Shown here piece after piece: positions 52,501-60,181 of a stretch of 64,000 nt of DNA. Both the position numbers and the translations under genes were made by a program. The stretch lies in NCBI GenBank assembly GCA_965202985.1, contig CBDBCF010000001.1, positions 480,001 to 544,000 on the forward strand, read 5' to 3'. Positions within the stretch are counted from its first letter, which is position 1, and each line of letters opens with the position of its first letter. The notes under the pieces are model-generated. The model had not been told where the DNA came from. It searched no databases and saw nothing but the letters and a program-made list of their open reading frames with translations. The stretch is from Longimicrobiales bacterium (GTDB taxonomy: Bacteria > Gemmatimonadota > Gemmatimonadetes > Longimicrobiales > Gaopeijiaceae).

Positions 52501-52991
52501 TTCTGTCGCCCAGGCGGCATCTGCCTGCGAACCCCATGCTCTACTCAACAGCCGCTAGCGTCTTGGATTCGGACACCAAACTGCAACTGATCCATGAGAT
52601 GTCGGCTAGCACCGACCCCGAAGCGCTTATCGAGCTTGTAGGCAACGACGCGACGTTGTACGATGCGCTCCTTTCCCGCCGAGATCTCAAACAAATCCAC
52701 TTGACGCCGCTCGAGAACGGCGTGCCCAGCCCCGATCTTACGGAGATGGCGGTCAACCACGGCTATTCGCCCGAAGACATCGCCAAGCGAATCGCGAGCC
52801 GGGCCGAGTCCTATTCGATGTTCGTAGACTTTCCCGAGTTTCGGACTGTCGAGGAAATGCGGAACCCTGGGGAGAAGTGGTTCCCGGAACCCCCCGAAGC
52901 TGCTCGCCACAGGACAATGGCCGAGTGGGAGCGGCACCCCAGTCCTGCGGTGCGACAGATCTATGGGCTGGTCATAGAGATGGAGACGTAG
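49542..52991 (+). CDS. Large protein: N-terminal REase-like domain, P-loop NTPase (STAND-like), helical C-terminus
   Basis: FERCAVELL...GGDDAGMDG...LVCTT; GQPGVGKR; LLLEDAH; SEGRPGL; 1149 aa. Confidence 0.7.
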   Translation: MTAVKDPLYRAIERRLSERLDPVLFERCAVELLRPVYPGLVPVSGGDDAGMDGAISMPTGGPPVPLVCTTSENVIGNLTKSLESYKRSGQKGREAVLATSQALTPRERRNLEERAQKMGFELLNVHDRHDFTGRLYRHPEWRRELLGLSGDLPALSVYPRLHQPRIRYGGDRALVGRDEAASWVLSQRDDFVLVGQPGVGKRSLLRLLAEKGRGLFVITNDLERIADDYRAAQPEFLLLEDAHLLGRDLHLRSDLLSAICRMRWEIEASFKIAVTTWNWPDRRVANAIGPVESTKTIHPLSRPDTAKIVCSIAPKLPEAAVAEILDQSEGRPGLTVTLAEHAGTRNPASRLHNGQQLLEYLRRSCASPGLTARDLDVLGAFALAGSTGAAFAGVARALGEGEVSVRATLSKIAHTGIVKDRGHYLAIVNPALRAALVARTFFQGPSSLAVCEHLAVMPDRNSATKTLIDALARGVSAPQELIQSRLPEDTTDPADQELWQCYAGTGKAAVRWIVHEHSRKIPTIAYQALRILPATTLPKLISVISASQEDGEPDRQEDTPSSQRSVEVLDSWGIDPAITAIEDWIREPTRHTVRRRRLLLDALSSSFAGLHQASRGLRQATAALVPIVFSLDLRRLRPDLIELGTIWLDIREPLLDHVEQIHALWEPSINLLRKAHAVDTARGIARSWATAPLRPSSGLPPETARVVQDLAAGMITDVVRWSDRRPGVVLWAKQIAAECDLHVAGLPESPSDLKELFGIEPDDLTQGRQDRAIRLVAEKLASRPAAVGIDQLLRYQEEASVMLYKGTALGAVEKVLHHMAELTQDPSACVVVLVSRQAPEHWVAPFVDAMLAKGHGCEEGWRALLDRDEYGPVVLQCVICRSEVPKTVETYVLERLADGRTVLDIVTWRDVPNAWKERVLTHEDQQVAGTAACEMYRQYRDRDRDPELSTLSRRVRAAWRRAVVESDDEATLASVFEHHPNVVKAWLLSPRRHLPANPMLYSTAASVLDSDTKLQLIHEMSASTDPEALIELVGNDATLYDALLSRRDLKQIHLTPLENGVPSPDLTEMAVNHGYSPEDIAKRIASRAESYSMFVDFPEFRTVEEMRNPGEKWFPEPPEAARHRTMAEWERHPSPAVRQIYGLVIEMET

Positions 52992-54177
52992 ACGCGAGCT
53001 CTGTCGCCAGCCTGCGCACTTCGATCCGCGGGTACGGATCGTCGAACACGGCGATGTATCCGTCGGACAGTACGGTCGAAATGGCGGGGAGATCGGTCCC
53101 GAGGAAGGCGCCAAGCCCGGTCGCCGCGTCGACGAGGTACGTCCGAATCGAGGGGACAGCGGACTGGCCGCGCGCTGCTCGCGAGTACTGAACCAGCAGG
53201 TGACCGGAGGACATCGGCAATAGGGCGCGCAAGAAGTCGCGAGGGTCGGTCTGATCCTCGATTGCCGGCCTCTCGGCGCCGGTTTGGTCGCTTGCGATGC
53301 CGTAGACGATTCGGGACGGGAGACGACCGCCGACTCGGGATGTCCAGATAGGCGATTCCTGGCCGAAGCGGTACGACGCGACCATCGGCAGATGGCCCCA
53401 CGCCACAATCGTCTGCCGGGCCATCGGAAGGCAGGCAATGCGAATTCCCTCCGCCATCTTGGACCTGACGAGGTAGTCGGGATGCCGGTATCCTGGCACA
53501 ATTCCGGTGTCCGCCGCGCCGGTCGCAAGGGAGGCGGTTTGGACGAGGGTATTGTCGTCGGAGAGCCATCCGGCGAAGAACGCCCGGTCGCCGATCACGC
53601 ATGCATCGCCCACGAAGCCGGGGGCCTCCACCGTCTTGTCCAGCTGCCACTGACCTTCGGCCTCCAGGAACAGCTTCGTGAGGGCTCCGTTCGCCACCAG
53701 CACGCGACTTTCGTCCAGCAGCTCGAAGACGCCGAAGAGGTTGTAGCGCAGCTCCAAGGGGCCGTCTCCCATGCCGCCGACGCCGCCGACGTAGCCGCCT
53801 GCCGAGTCGAAGACCCGCAGTTCCATGGCCAAGCCGTCGAACACGAACACGTTGCTCTCCGCGTCCACGGCCACGTCGCCGATGCGCCCGAACAGCTGAG
53901 GACCCTCTTCCTCGCTCCCCAACGTCATCGCGGTCCGGGCCGCCATCAGGTCGTCCCTGGCGGAGCGCCACGCGTCGAGTGCGTCCACGCTCAAACCGAC
54001 GGGTAGGGAATCCTCGCCGATCAGGCTGGCATCTGCGGGCACGGCGTTCTCCGCGTCCGGGTGGATCTCCGAATCGCGGATGTCGCTCGAGCCCGAAGGA
54101 TCCACGCAGGCGCCGAGCGCGACCGACGACGCCGCCAGTGCCGAAGCCAACCGACCAGTCCTCATCATATCAATCAT
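52972..54177 (-). CDS. 6-bladed beta-propeller lipoprotein
   Basis: Lipobox VALGAC; LFGRIGDVAVD...LRVFDSAG-YVG-VG-MGDGPLE; GGAGG RBS. Confidence 0.8.
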   Translation of the reverse strand: MIDMMRTGRLASALAASSVALGACVDPSGSSDIRDSEIHPDAENAVPADASLIGEDSLPVGLSVDALDAWRSARDDLMAARTAMTLGSEEEGPQLFGRIGDVAVDAESNVFVFDGLAMELRVFDSAGGYVGGVGGMGDGPLELRYNLFGVFELLDESRVLVANGALTKLFLEAEGQWQLDKTVEAPGFVGDACVIGDRAFFAGWLSDDNTLVQTASLATGAADTGIVPGYRHPDYLVRSKMAEGIRIACLPMARQTIVAWGHLPMVASYRFGQESPIWTSRVGGRLPSRIVYGIASDQTGAERPAIEDQTDPRDFLRALLPMSSGHLLVQYSRAARGQSAVPSIRTYLVDAATGLGAFLGTDLPAISTVLSDGYIAVFDDPYPRIEVRRLATELASTSPSL

Positions 54178-54178
54178 A

Positions 54179-55321
54179 TCATGGACCTCCCTGGGTCTGG
54201 TCATACGCGAGTCGCCAGATATTGACAACCTCTCCTGCAACATCGTCATAAGCAACTTCCGACACCATGCCTTCTTCCACGAACGTCATCAAGACGCCGT
54301 CGTGCCACCGGCTCGCCAGAGTGGTGCAGGTCTGCAGATCGACGACATCTATGCGGCTACGATAGTACGAAGACAGCCTGCCGTCCGCGGGCACCAGCAT
54401 CGCTTGTCTTTGGGACCCGGGCACTTCAACCATGGCGTCCTGCCAGTCGGGACGCCTGTAGCGGAACGCAACCCAGAGGCGGTCATTGGAATCGACCATG
54501 ATGTCGTGGATTTCGTTCCAGGGCGGATTCTCCCATGTCCAGGGGCCGGGAGTGCGAGGTCCGTCGTGGAGCAACGGTCCTTCGATCCTTCCTGTTCGCA
54601 CGCCGTCTTCCGACCACGCTTCCACGATGTAGTCGTAGTAGTGGGAGCTGAAGATGCTGCCATGTGGGCCTGTCGCGAGTCGGCGTTGCGCGGTGAAGGA
54701 GTTCATGGCCTCCGCGAAGGACTTGGCGATCTCTCCGCCGTCCACAACGTGGATCGCAAGACCGACGTGCTCCGAGTCCGGTATCCAAGCCTGAATGGCG
54801 TAGCGACTGCCGTCGGCAACCGGCGTCATCGCCGTCACTGCAGTGGCTGGCAGCGCCATCTCTTCCCGCAAGGTCAGATCGGGTCCGATTACGGACACCC
54901 TCGCGTTGCGGTTGTCGAATACGTGGACTCGTCCAAGAGAATCCGTGTGCATAGGCTGGGCGAAGGCGAACTCCATCGGACCCCGACCCGCCCGGCCGAC
55001 GGCGGAAACGAAGGCGCCCGTGGAGTCGAAGAGCTTGATCTGGTCTCGCTGACCTACCCAGTAGTTGCCGCTGTCGTCGCGCACGATGTCGCCCAGGGTG
55101 CCGCCGTCCGTCAAGAAGCCTGCGTAGTCTTCCGCTCCGAGCGTCGCTGCAAGGTCGAGGTGTACGCACGAGGTGCACGGCTCGACAGCCGTCCGATCAA
55201 GCGTGCATTCTCCGGAAAAGAAGGAAGCGGTGGTCGGGGCCTCGGGGCTGCAACTCACCATCGCGACCAACAGCGATCCGGCCCATCCCGCCGCCAGGCG
55301 CGGGGTCACCCCCCGAATCAC
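54179..55321 (-). CDS. 6-bladed beta-propeller lipoprotein
   Basis: Lipobox AMVSC; IKLFDSTGAFVSAVGRAGRGPMEF. Confidence 0.8.
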   Translation of the reverse strand: MIRGVTPRLAAGWAGSLLVAMVSCSPEAPTTASFFSGECTLDRTAVEPCTSCVHLDLAATLGAEDYAGFLTDGGTLGDIVRDDSGNYWVGQRDQIKLFDSTGAFVSAVGRAGRGPMEFAFAQPMHTDSLGRVHVFDNRNARVSVIGPDLTLREEMALPATAVTAMTPVADGSRYAIQAWIPDSEHVGLAIHVVDGGEIAKSFAEAMNSFTAQRRLATGPHGSIFSSHYYDYIVEAWSEDGVRTGRIEGPLLHDGPRTPGPWTWENPPWNEIHDIMVDSNDRLWVAFRYRRPDWQDAMVEVPGSQRQAMLVPADGRLSSYYRSRIDVVDLQTCTTLASRWHDGVLMTFVEEGMVSEVAYDDVAGEVVNIWRLAYDQTQGGP

Positions 55322-58300
55322 CCTCCCCCGCCCCGCCTGGGCACCGCCACCGGCTCCCCCACCTCCGGCCGCACGTCCTCTTCCGCCAGTCGGTCGTACA
55401 GTGCCGGGAGCCGCCCGGTCAGCATCTCGTTCACCTGCTCGACGATCGGGGGGACCTCTTCCCACGAGCGGTCGATCCACCACAGCTGGTCGTCCGTCGG
55501 CGGGCCGCTGGCGCCCTGGATCACGTTCCACATGAACCCGCCCGTGGCGACGTCGCCCAGCGCCTCGTCCGCCTCCTCCAACGCCTCTCGGAACGCCTCA
55601 ATCTCGTCGTCCAGCTCTTCGGCCAGCGCTTCCGACACGCCGTCGCCGGCGGCCTCCACCCGCTCCTCGATCTCGTCCAGCTGCTCGCCGATCGACTCGA
55701 TCCGCTCGTTGGCGTCCTGGATCGCGCCCGACAGGCGGTACGACTCCATCATCGCCTCGTGGCGCGACGCAATGACCGAACGGGACATCTCGACGCGGGG
55801 ATCCAGCCGCACGCCGACGCCCGTCTCCAGCGTGTCGGCGCCTACCGCCAGCGCCACGACGTAGCGGCCCGGCATCACCCGCGGTCCCGGTCGCATCGGC
55901 TCGCCGTCGGTCCCGTCCTCCGTCAGCCGCAGGTCCCAGATGACCTCGTTCAGGCCCGCGTCGCCGTCGGCTTCCAGCTCGCGCAACACGTCGCCCGCCC
56001 GGGTGCGAATCGTCACCGAGACGCTGTCCGCCTCCGCGCCCAACCAAAAGCGCACTCGGGCGCCCGCAGGCGGGTTCGGCGCAGCATATATCCCCGGAGT
56101 CCAGCCCTGGGGGCGGTACTGGTTGTATGAAGTCGCCCGGCGCACGGTGAACACGTGGGCGCTGGACGCCATCACCTCGGCGCTCAGCTCCGCCAGCGGC
56201 GCGATGTCGTCCATGATCCAGATGCCCAGGCCGTGCGTGCCGACCACCAGGTCGTTCTCCCTGGGATGCACAATAAGGTCGTCCACCGGCACCGTGGGCA
56301 GGCCGCCGTCCAGCCGGTGCCAGGCCGCGCCGGCGTCGATCGAGAAGTACACGCCGACCTCGTTGCCCACGAAGAGCAGGTCGTGCGCGGTCGGATGCTG
56401 CGCCAGCGCGTTGACCGAGATCGCGGGCAGTCCGTCGGTGATCCGTTGCCAGCTCTCGCCGAAGTCGGCGCTTGCGTACACGTATGCGGCGAAGTCGTCG
56501 TTCCTGTGGCCGTCGAAGGCGGCGAAGACCGTGCCCGCGTCCCCGCCCGACGCCACGATGCGCGTCACGTAGGTGTGCGGCGGCAGGTCGGGCACGTTGG
56601 GCGTCAGGTCCTGCCAGGTGGCGCCTCCGTCGCGGGTTCCGTGCAGCCGCCCGTCGTCGCTTCCCGTGTAGCCGACCGCGGCGTTCAGCGGCGACTCGGC
56701 GATCGCCGTCAAGTTGCCGTAGCTGGACTGGCCGTCGTTGCGGGACATCTGCGCCTCGCTTCCCGCCACGCCCATCAGCGACAGCGTGTCGCGGTCGATC
56801 GCATAGGTCAGGTCGGGGCTGATCTCGGTCCAGCTTTGCCCCAGGTCGGCCGACCGGAAGAGCACGTTCGCGCCCGCGTACAAGACCTGGTCGTCGTGGA
56901 CCGACAGCAGCAGCGGCGTGTCCCAATTCCAGCGAAGCTCGCGCTCCTCGTCGTCTTCGCCCTCGGCCGAATCCGACTGCGCCTCCGCCTCCGAGTCCGC
57001 CAGCGGCCGCGCCGCCGGACGAATCCGCGTCCGCTCCCCCGTGGCCCGGTTCACGCGGAACAGGTTGCCGCCCTGCGACTCGGCGATCATCACGTCCGGG
57101 TCGGTCGGGTGCATCACCGTGAAGAAGCCGTCGCCCGAGCCCACGTTGTACCAGTCGCGCGTGCGAATCCCCTGGTTCGACCACGTGTCCGACGGCGCGC
57201 ACCACGAACCGTTGTCCTGCAAGCCGCCGCACACGTGATACGGGTCCTGCATGTCCACGCCGATCTCGTAGAACTGGGAGATCGGCAGGTTGCGGAACTG
57301 GTACCAGTTGTCGGAGCGGTCCCAGCTCACCGACACGCCGCCGTCGCCGCCCAGGATCAGGTGGTCCGAGTCCGCCGGATCGATCCACAGCGCGTGGTGG
57401 TCCAAGTGCACGCCGGCCGCCGCGTCGGGAGTGAAGTTGCGCCCGCCGTCGGACGACCGGTACATGCTGGAACCGCCCAGGTAGACGCGCTCGGGGTCGT
57501 TGGGGTCCACCCAAATCTGGCTGTAGTACATGGGGCGGTTGTTGGTCGTGCTCAGGTGCTCCCACGTCTCGCCCCGGTCGGTGGAGCGGTAGACGCCGTT
57601 CTTGCGCTCGCGCTCGGGCGGCCCGCCGCCGAAGCCCTGCCCCGGTGCGCGCGGATCGGCTTCGACCAGCGCGAAGACCACGTTGCCGTCGCCCCGGTAG
57701 ATGGCCAGGCCGATCCGCCCCTTGTCGCCCTCCGGCAGTCCGTCGGTCAGCTCGGTCCACGTGTCGCCGCCGTCGGTGGTGCGGTGGATGCCGCTGCCGG
57801 GTCCGCCGCCGTTGAAGCCCCATGCGCGCCGTCGCCGCTGGTACGTGGCCGCGAAGAGCGTGCGCGGGTCCGCCGGGTCCATGACCAGGTCGATGGCGCC
57901 GGTGTCGTCGTCGATGTACAGGACTTGTTCCCACGTGTCGCCGCCGTCGGTCGTGCGGTAGACGCCCCGCTCCGGGTTGGCGCCCCACAGGTGGCCGACC
58001 GCCGCCACGTACGCCACGTCCGGGTCCCTGGGGTGGACCTGAATGCGCGCGATGTGGTGCGTGTTGGACAGCCCCAGGTGCGTCCACGTGCGCCCGGCGT
58101 CGGTTGAGCGGTAGACGCCGGCGCCCCACGGCGAGCTTTGTCGGTTCTGGGGCTCGCCCGTGCCGACCCAGACGACGTTGGGGTTCGACGGCGCCACGGT
58201 CACGTCGCCGACCGAGGCCGTCGCTTCGTCCTTGAAGACGTGCTCGAAGGTGATGCCGGCGTTCTCCGTCTTCCACACGCCGCCGCTGGCGGTGCCGACG

Positions 58301-58509
58301 TAGAAGATGCGCGGGTCCGACTCGACCACCGCCAGGTCCGACACGCGCCCGCTCATGATCGTGGGGCCGATCGCGCGGAACTCGAGGGCGGCGGTGGCCT
58401 GGGCGAAGGGGTCCGCGGGCGTGTCCATGTCGGATTGGGCCGCGGCGGGCATGGGGGCGGCGGCAAGCGCGAGGAGGCTGGCCAGCGCGAGGACGAGGCT
58501 GGCGGGCAT
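55318..58509 (-). CDS. Secreted VPS10/sortilin-like BNR-repeat protein (glycosyl hydrolase-like)
   Basis: Signal peptide; FRAIGP-IMSGRV; many S/T-x-D-x-G-x-x-W Asp-boxes; GGLQDNGSW; GTHGLGIWI-DD. Confidence 0.92.
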   Translation of the reverse strand: MPASLVLALASLLALAAAPMPAAAQSDMDTPADPFAQATAALEFRAIGPTIMSGRVSDLAVVESDPRIFYVGTASGGVWKTENAGITFEHVFKDEATASVGDVTVAPSNPNVVWVGTGEPQNRQSSPWGAGVYRSTDAGRTWTHLGLSNTHHIARIQVHPRDPDVAYVAAVGHLWGANPERGVYRTTDGGDTWEQVLYIDDDTGAIDLVMDPADPRTLFAATYQRRRRAWGFNGGGPGSGIHRTTDGGDTWTELTDGLPEGDKGRIGLAIYRGDGNVVFALVEADPRAPGQGFGGGPPERERKNGVYRSTDRGETWEHLSTTNNRPMYYSQIWVDPNDPERVYLGGSSMYRSSDGGRNFTPDAAAGVHLDHHALWIDPADSDHLILGGDGGVSVSWDRSDNWYQFRNLPISQFYEIGVDMQDPYHVCGGLQDNGSWCAPSDTWSNQGIRTRDWYNVGSGDGFFTVMHPTDPDVMIAESQGGNLFRVNRATGERTRIRPAARPLADSEAEAQSDSAEGEDDEERELRWNWDTPLLLSVHDDQVLYAGANVLFRSADLGQSWTEISPDLTYAIDRDTLSLMGVAGSEAQMSRNDGQSSYGNLTAIAESPLNAAVGYTGSDDGRLHGTRDGGATWQDLTPNVPDLPPHTYVTRIVASGGDAGTVFAAFDGHRNDDFAAYVYASADFGESWQRITDGLPAISVNALAQHPTAHDLLFVGNEVGVYFSIDAGAAWHRLDGGLPTVPVDDLIVHPRENDLVVGTHGLGIWIMDDIAPLAELSAEVMASSAHVFTVRRATSYNQYRPQGWTPGIYAAPNPPAGARVRFWLGAEADSVSVTIRTRAGDVLRELEADGDAGLNEVIWDLRLTEDGTDGEPMRPGPRVMPGRYVVALAVGADTLETGVGVRLDPRVEMSRSVIASRHEAMMESYRLSGAIQDANERIESIGEQLDEIEERVEAAGDGVSEALAEELDDEIEAFREALEEADEALGDVATGGFMWNVIQGASGPPTDDQLWWIDRSWEEVPPIVEQVNEMLTGRLPALYDRLAEEDVRPEVGEPVAVPRRGGGG

Positions 58510-58820
58510 GGGGAGGCCGACGAGCGCTTGGACGAGCCTGCCGGGCGCCGGGAAACCGGCAGGCGCCCGGACGGCGGGCTGGACGGGCGCGAAGGCTGGC
58601 GCGGGGACTGGCGCGATGGGGCGAACAGGCGCGAGTGGGTGGACGGGCGCGAATGGACGGACACGACATTCTCCGGTGCGGGTTGCGGCTTGCGGGTTGC
58701 AACTTGCGACGCCTTTCCGATGGCGACGCCTCTACAATGGCGCTCCGCGCGGAAACGTGCACCCCCGGAGGGACCGGCGACCGGACGACGGAGCGCCCAG
58801 CCGCCGGCCGCCGCGACCTC

Positions 58821-59912
58821 TTACCTGAGTCCCTCGAACAGATGCAGCTGCGCCTTCGCCTTGCGCCACGCCGCCTCCAACTCGCGGCGCTTGGCCGCAG
58901 GGCCGTTGGGCGGAGCGGTCCAGGCCATGTCCCATCCCGCGTCGGCGTCGGGGTGCGGACCGGTCCAGGCCGGGAACGTCTTGGCAAACACCGTCAGGTG
59001 CACGACCGTGTCGTTCGCGACCAGCGCTCCTGCCACCAAGTCGCACGCCGCGATCTGCACGTCCTGGCCCACGCCGACGGCCGCGCGACAGTCGAAAGTC
59101 GCGTGCTGGATGTAGTCCAGCAGCTTCCAGACTACGCCCTCCGAGGTCGACGGACGCCCGACGCCGCCGCCGTAGCGGGCTTCGTCCAGGGCGTCAATGG
59201 CGTAGCTGCGGACGAGCTTGGGCAGCATGGCGGCGAAGGTCTCGGGCTTGTCGAACAGGTCCAGGCCGAGCCGCCGGTCGCCGATCGCGAAGACGGCGCC
59301 CACTTGGCCGGGCACGGGCGCGATCCGGGCGACGAACTCGGCGATCGGGGCGCCGTGACGCTCGTAGATCGAGCCCATGGCGGCGGTCCGCGATTGGGCG
59401 CGCATCCGGGTGGCCTTCGCCTCGATCCCCCGCCAGACCGCGCGCTGGTTGGAGCGCCTAGCGCCGGTCCTGCGCATGTTGGCCTGGACGTGGAACCGGT
59501 TCATGGCCCGCCCCTCGGCGTAGTGAAGCCGGTCGCTGTCTGCGAAGGTCGGCCGGGCACGGCAATAGGACCATCGGCCCCGCTCGACGCACGACACCGG
59601 GATGACCGTGGTCCGACCAGCGGGAATGAGCATTGACAGGTTGGCGATTCGGTTCTGCTTGGCGCCCACGAACTCCTCGCCGTCCACGACGAGGACGGGC
59701 GCGTCGGCCCGGTTCTCCACGGCCAGCCGGGGCACGCTGCCGCCCATCAACACCTCCCGGACCGTGACCAGGTCGTGCCGGAGCGCCTCCGACATCAGCA
59801 AGTACTGGAGCGCACTCGCGCGGTTGGAGATCAGCGGGAAGGCGGCAAGGGCGCCGTGCGCGACGGGATCGCCGACGGACAGCGAGAAGACGGTGGATTC
59901 GACGGTTTGCAC
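58821..59912 (-). CDS. ARPP-1 (DUF6569) family protein
   Basis: GSVP-L-V-N...DGEE-VGAKQNR--N...IPVSCVERGRW...Q-AVW...G-DLFD...KLVRSYAIDA; AAGGAGG RBS. Confidence 0.82.
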   Translation of the reverse strand: MQTVESTVFSLSVGDPVAHGALAAFPLISNRASALQYLLMSEALRHDLVTVREVLMGGSVPRLAVENRADAPVLVVDGEEFVGAKQNRIANLSMLIPAGRTTVIPVSCVERGRWSYCRARPTFADSDRLHYAEGRAMNRFHVQANMRRTGARRSNQRAVWRGIEAKATRMRAQSRTAAMGSIYERHGAPIAEFVARIAPVPGQVGAVFAIGDRRLGLDLFDKPETFAAMLPKLVRSYAIDALDEARYGGGVGRPSTSEGVVWKLLDYIQHATFDCRAAVGVGQDVQIAACDLVAGALVANDTVVHLTVFAKTFPAWTGPHPDADAGWDMAWTAPPNGPAAKRRELEAAWRKAKAQLHLFEGLR

Positions 59913-60000
59913 TTGAGCGGCCTCCTTGGGCGGCTGGGGGGTTGGCGTCCGAATTCGCCAACAGCATAACGCCGCCCAACGACTGTTCGTGCGGAGGTCA

Positions 60001-60040
60001 TTTTGTTACACATTTGTTACGATACTGTAAACTGTTTATG
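60001..60040. promoter_or_regulatory. Candidate transcription-factor operator in divergent intergenic region
   Basis: TTTGTTAC direct repeat with 11-bp period (60002, 60013) overlapping inverted repeat TTAC-N6-GTAA (60017-60030); AT-rich patch. Confidence 0.5.
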
Positions 60041-60181
60041 TTCGGCAAGCCAATGTCCCGCCCACCGGTCCCCGGTGGACTTGAACAAGCGAGCCCGAGT
60101 CTCGTTGACCCCGCTTGCCGTTGAAGGCTATCTTGACTGAAGCCAATCGCGAGTGTCAGGAGGGCTGGTGGAGTCGCAACG

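Noticed and set aside
58520..58670. Short degenerate ggacgggcgcgaa-type repeats upstream of the VPS10 gene as a functional array
   Set aside because: Irregular low-complexity GC repeats with no constant unit or spacer structure.
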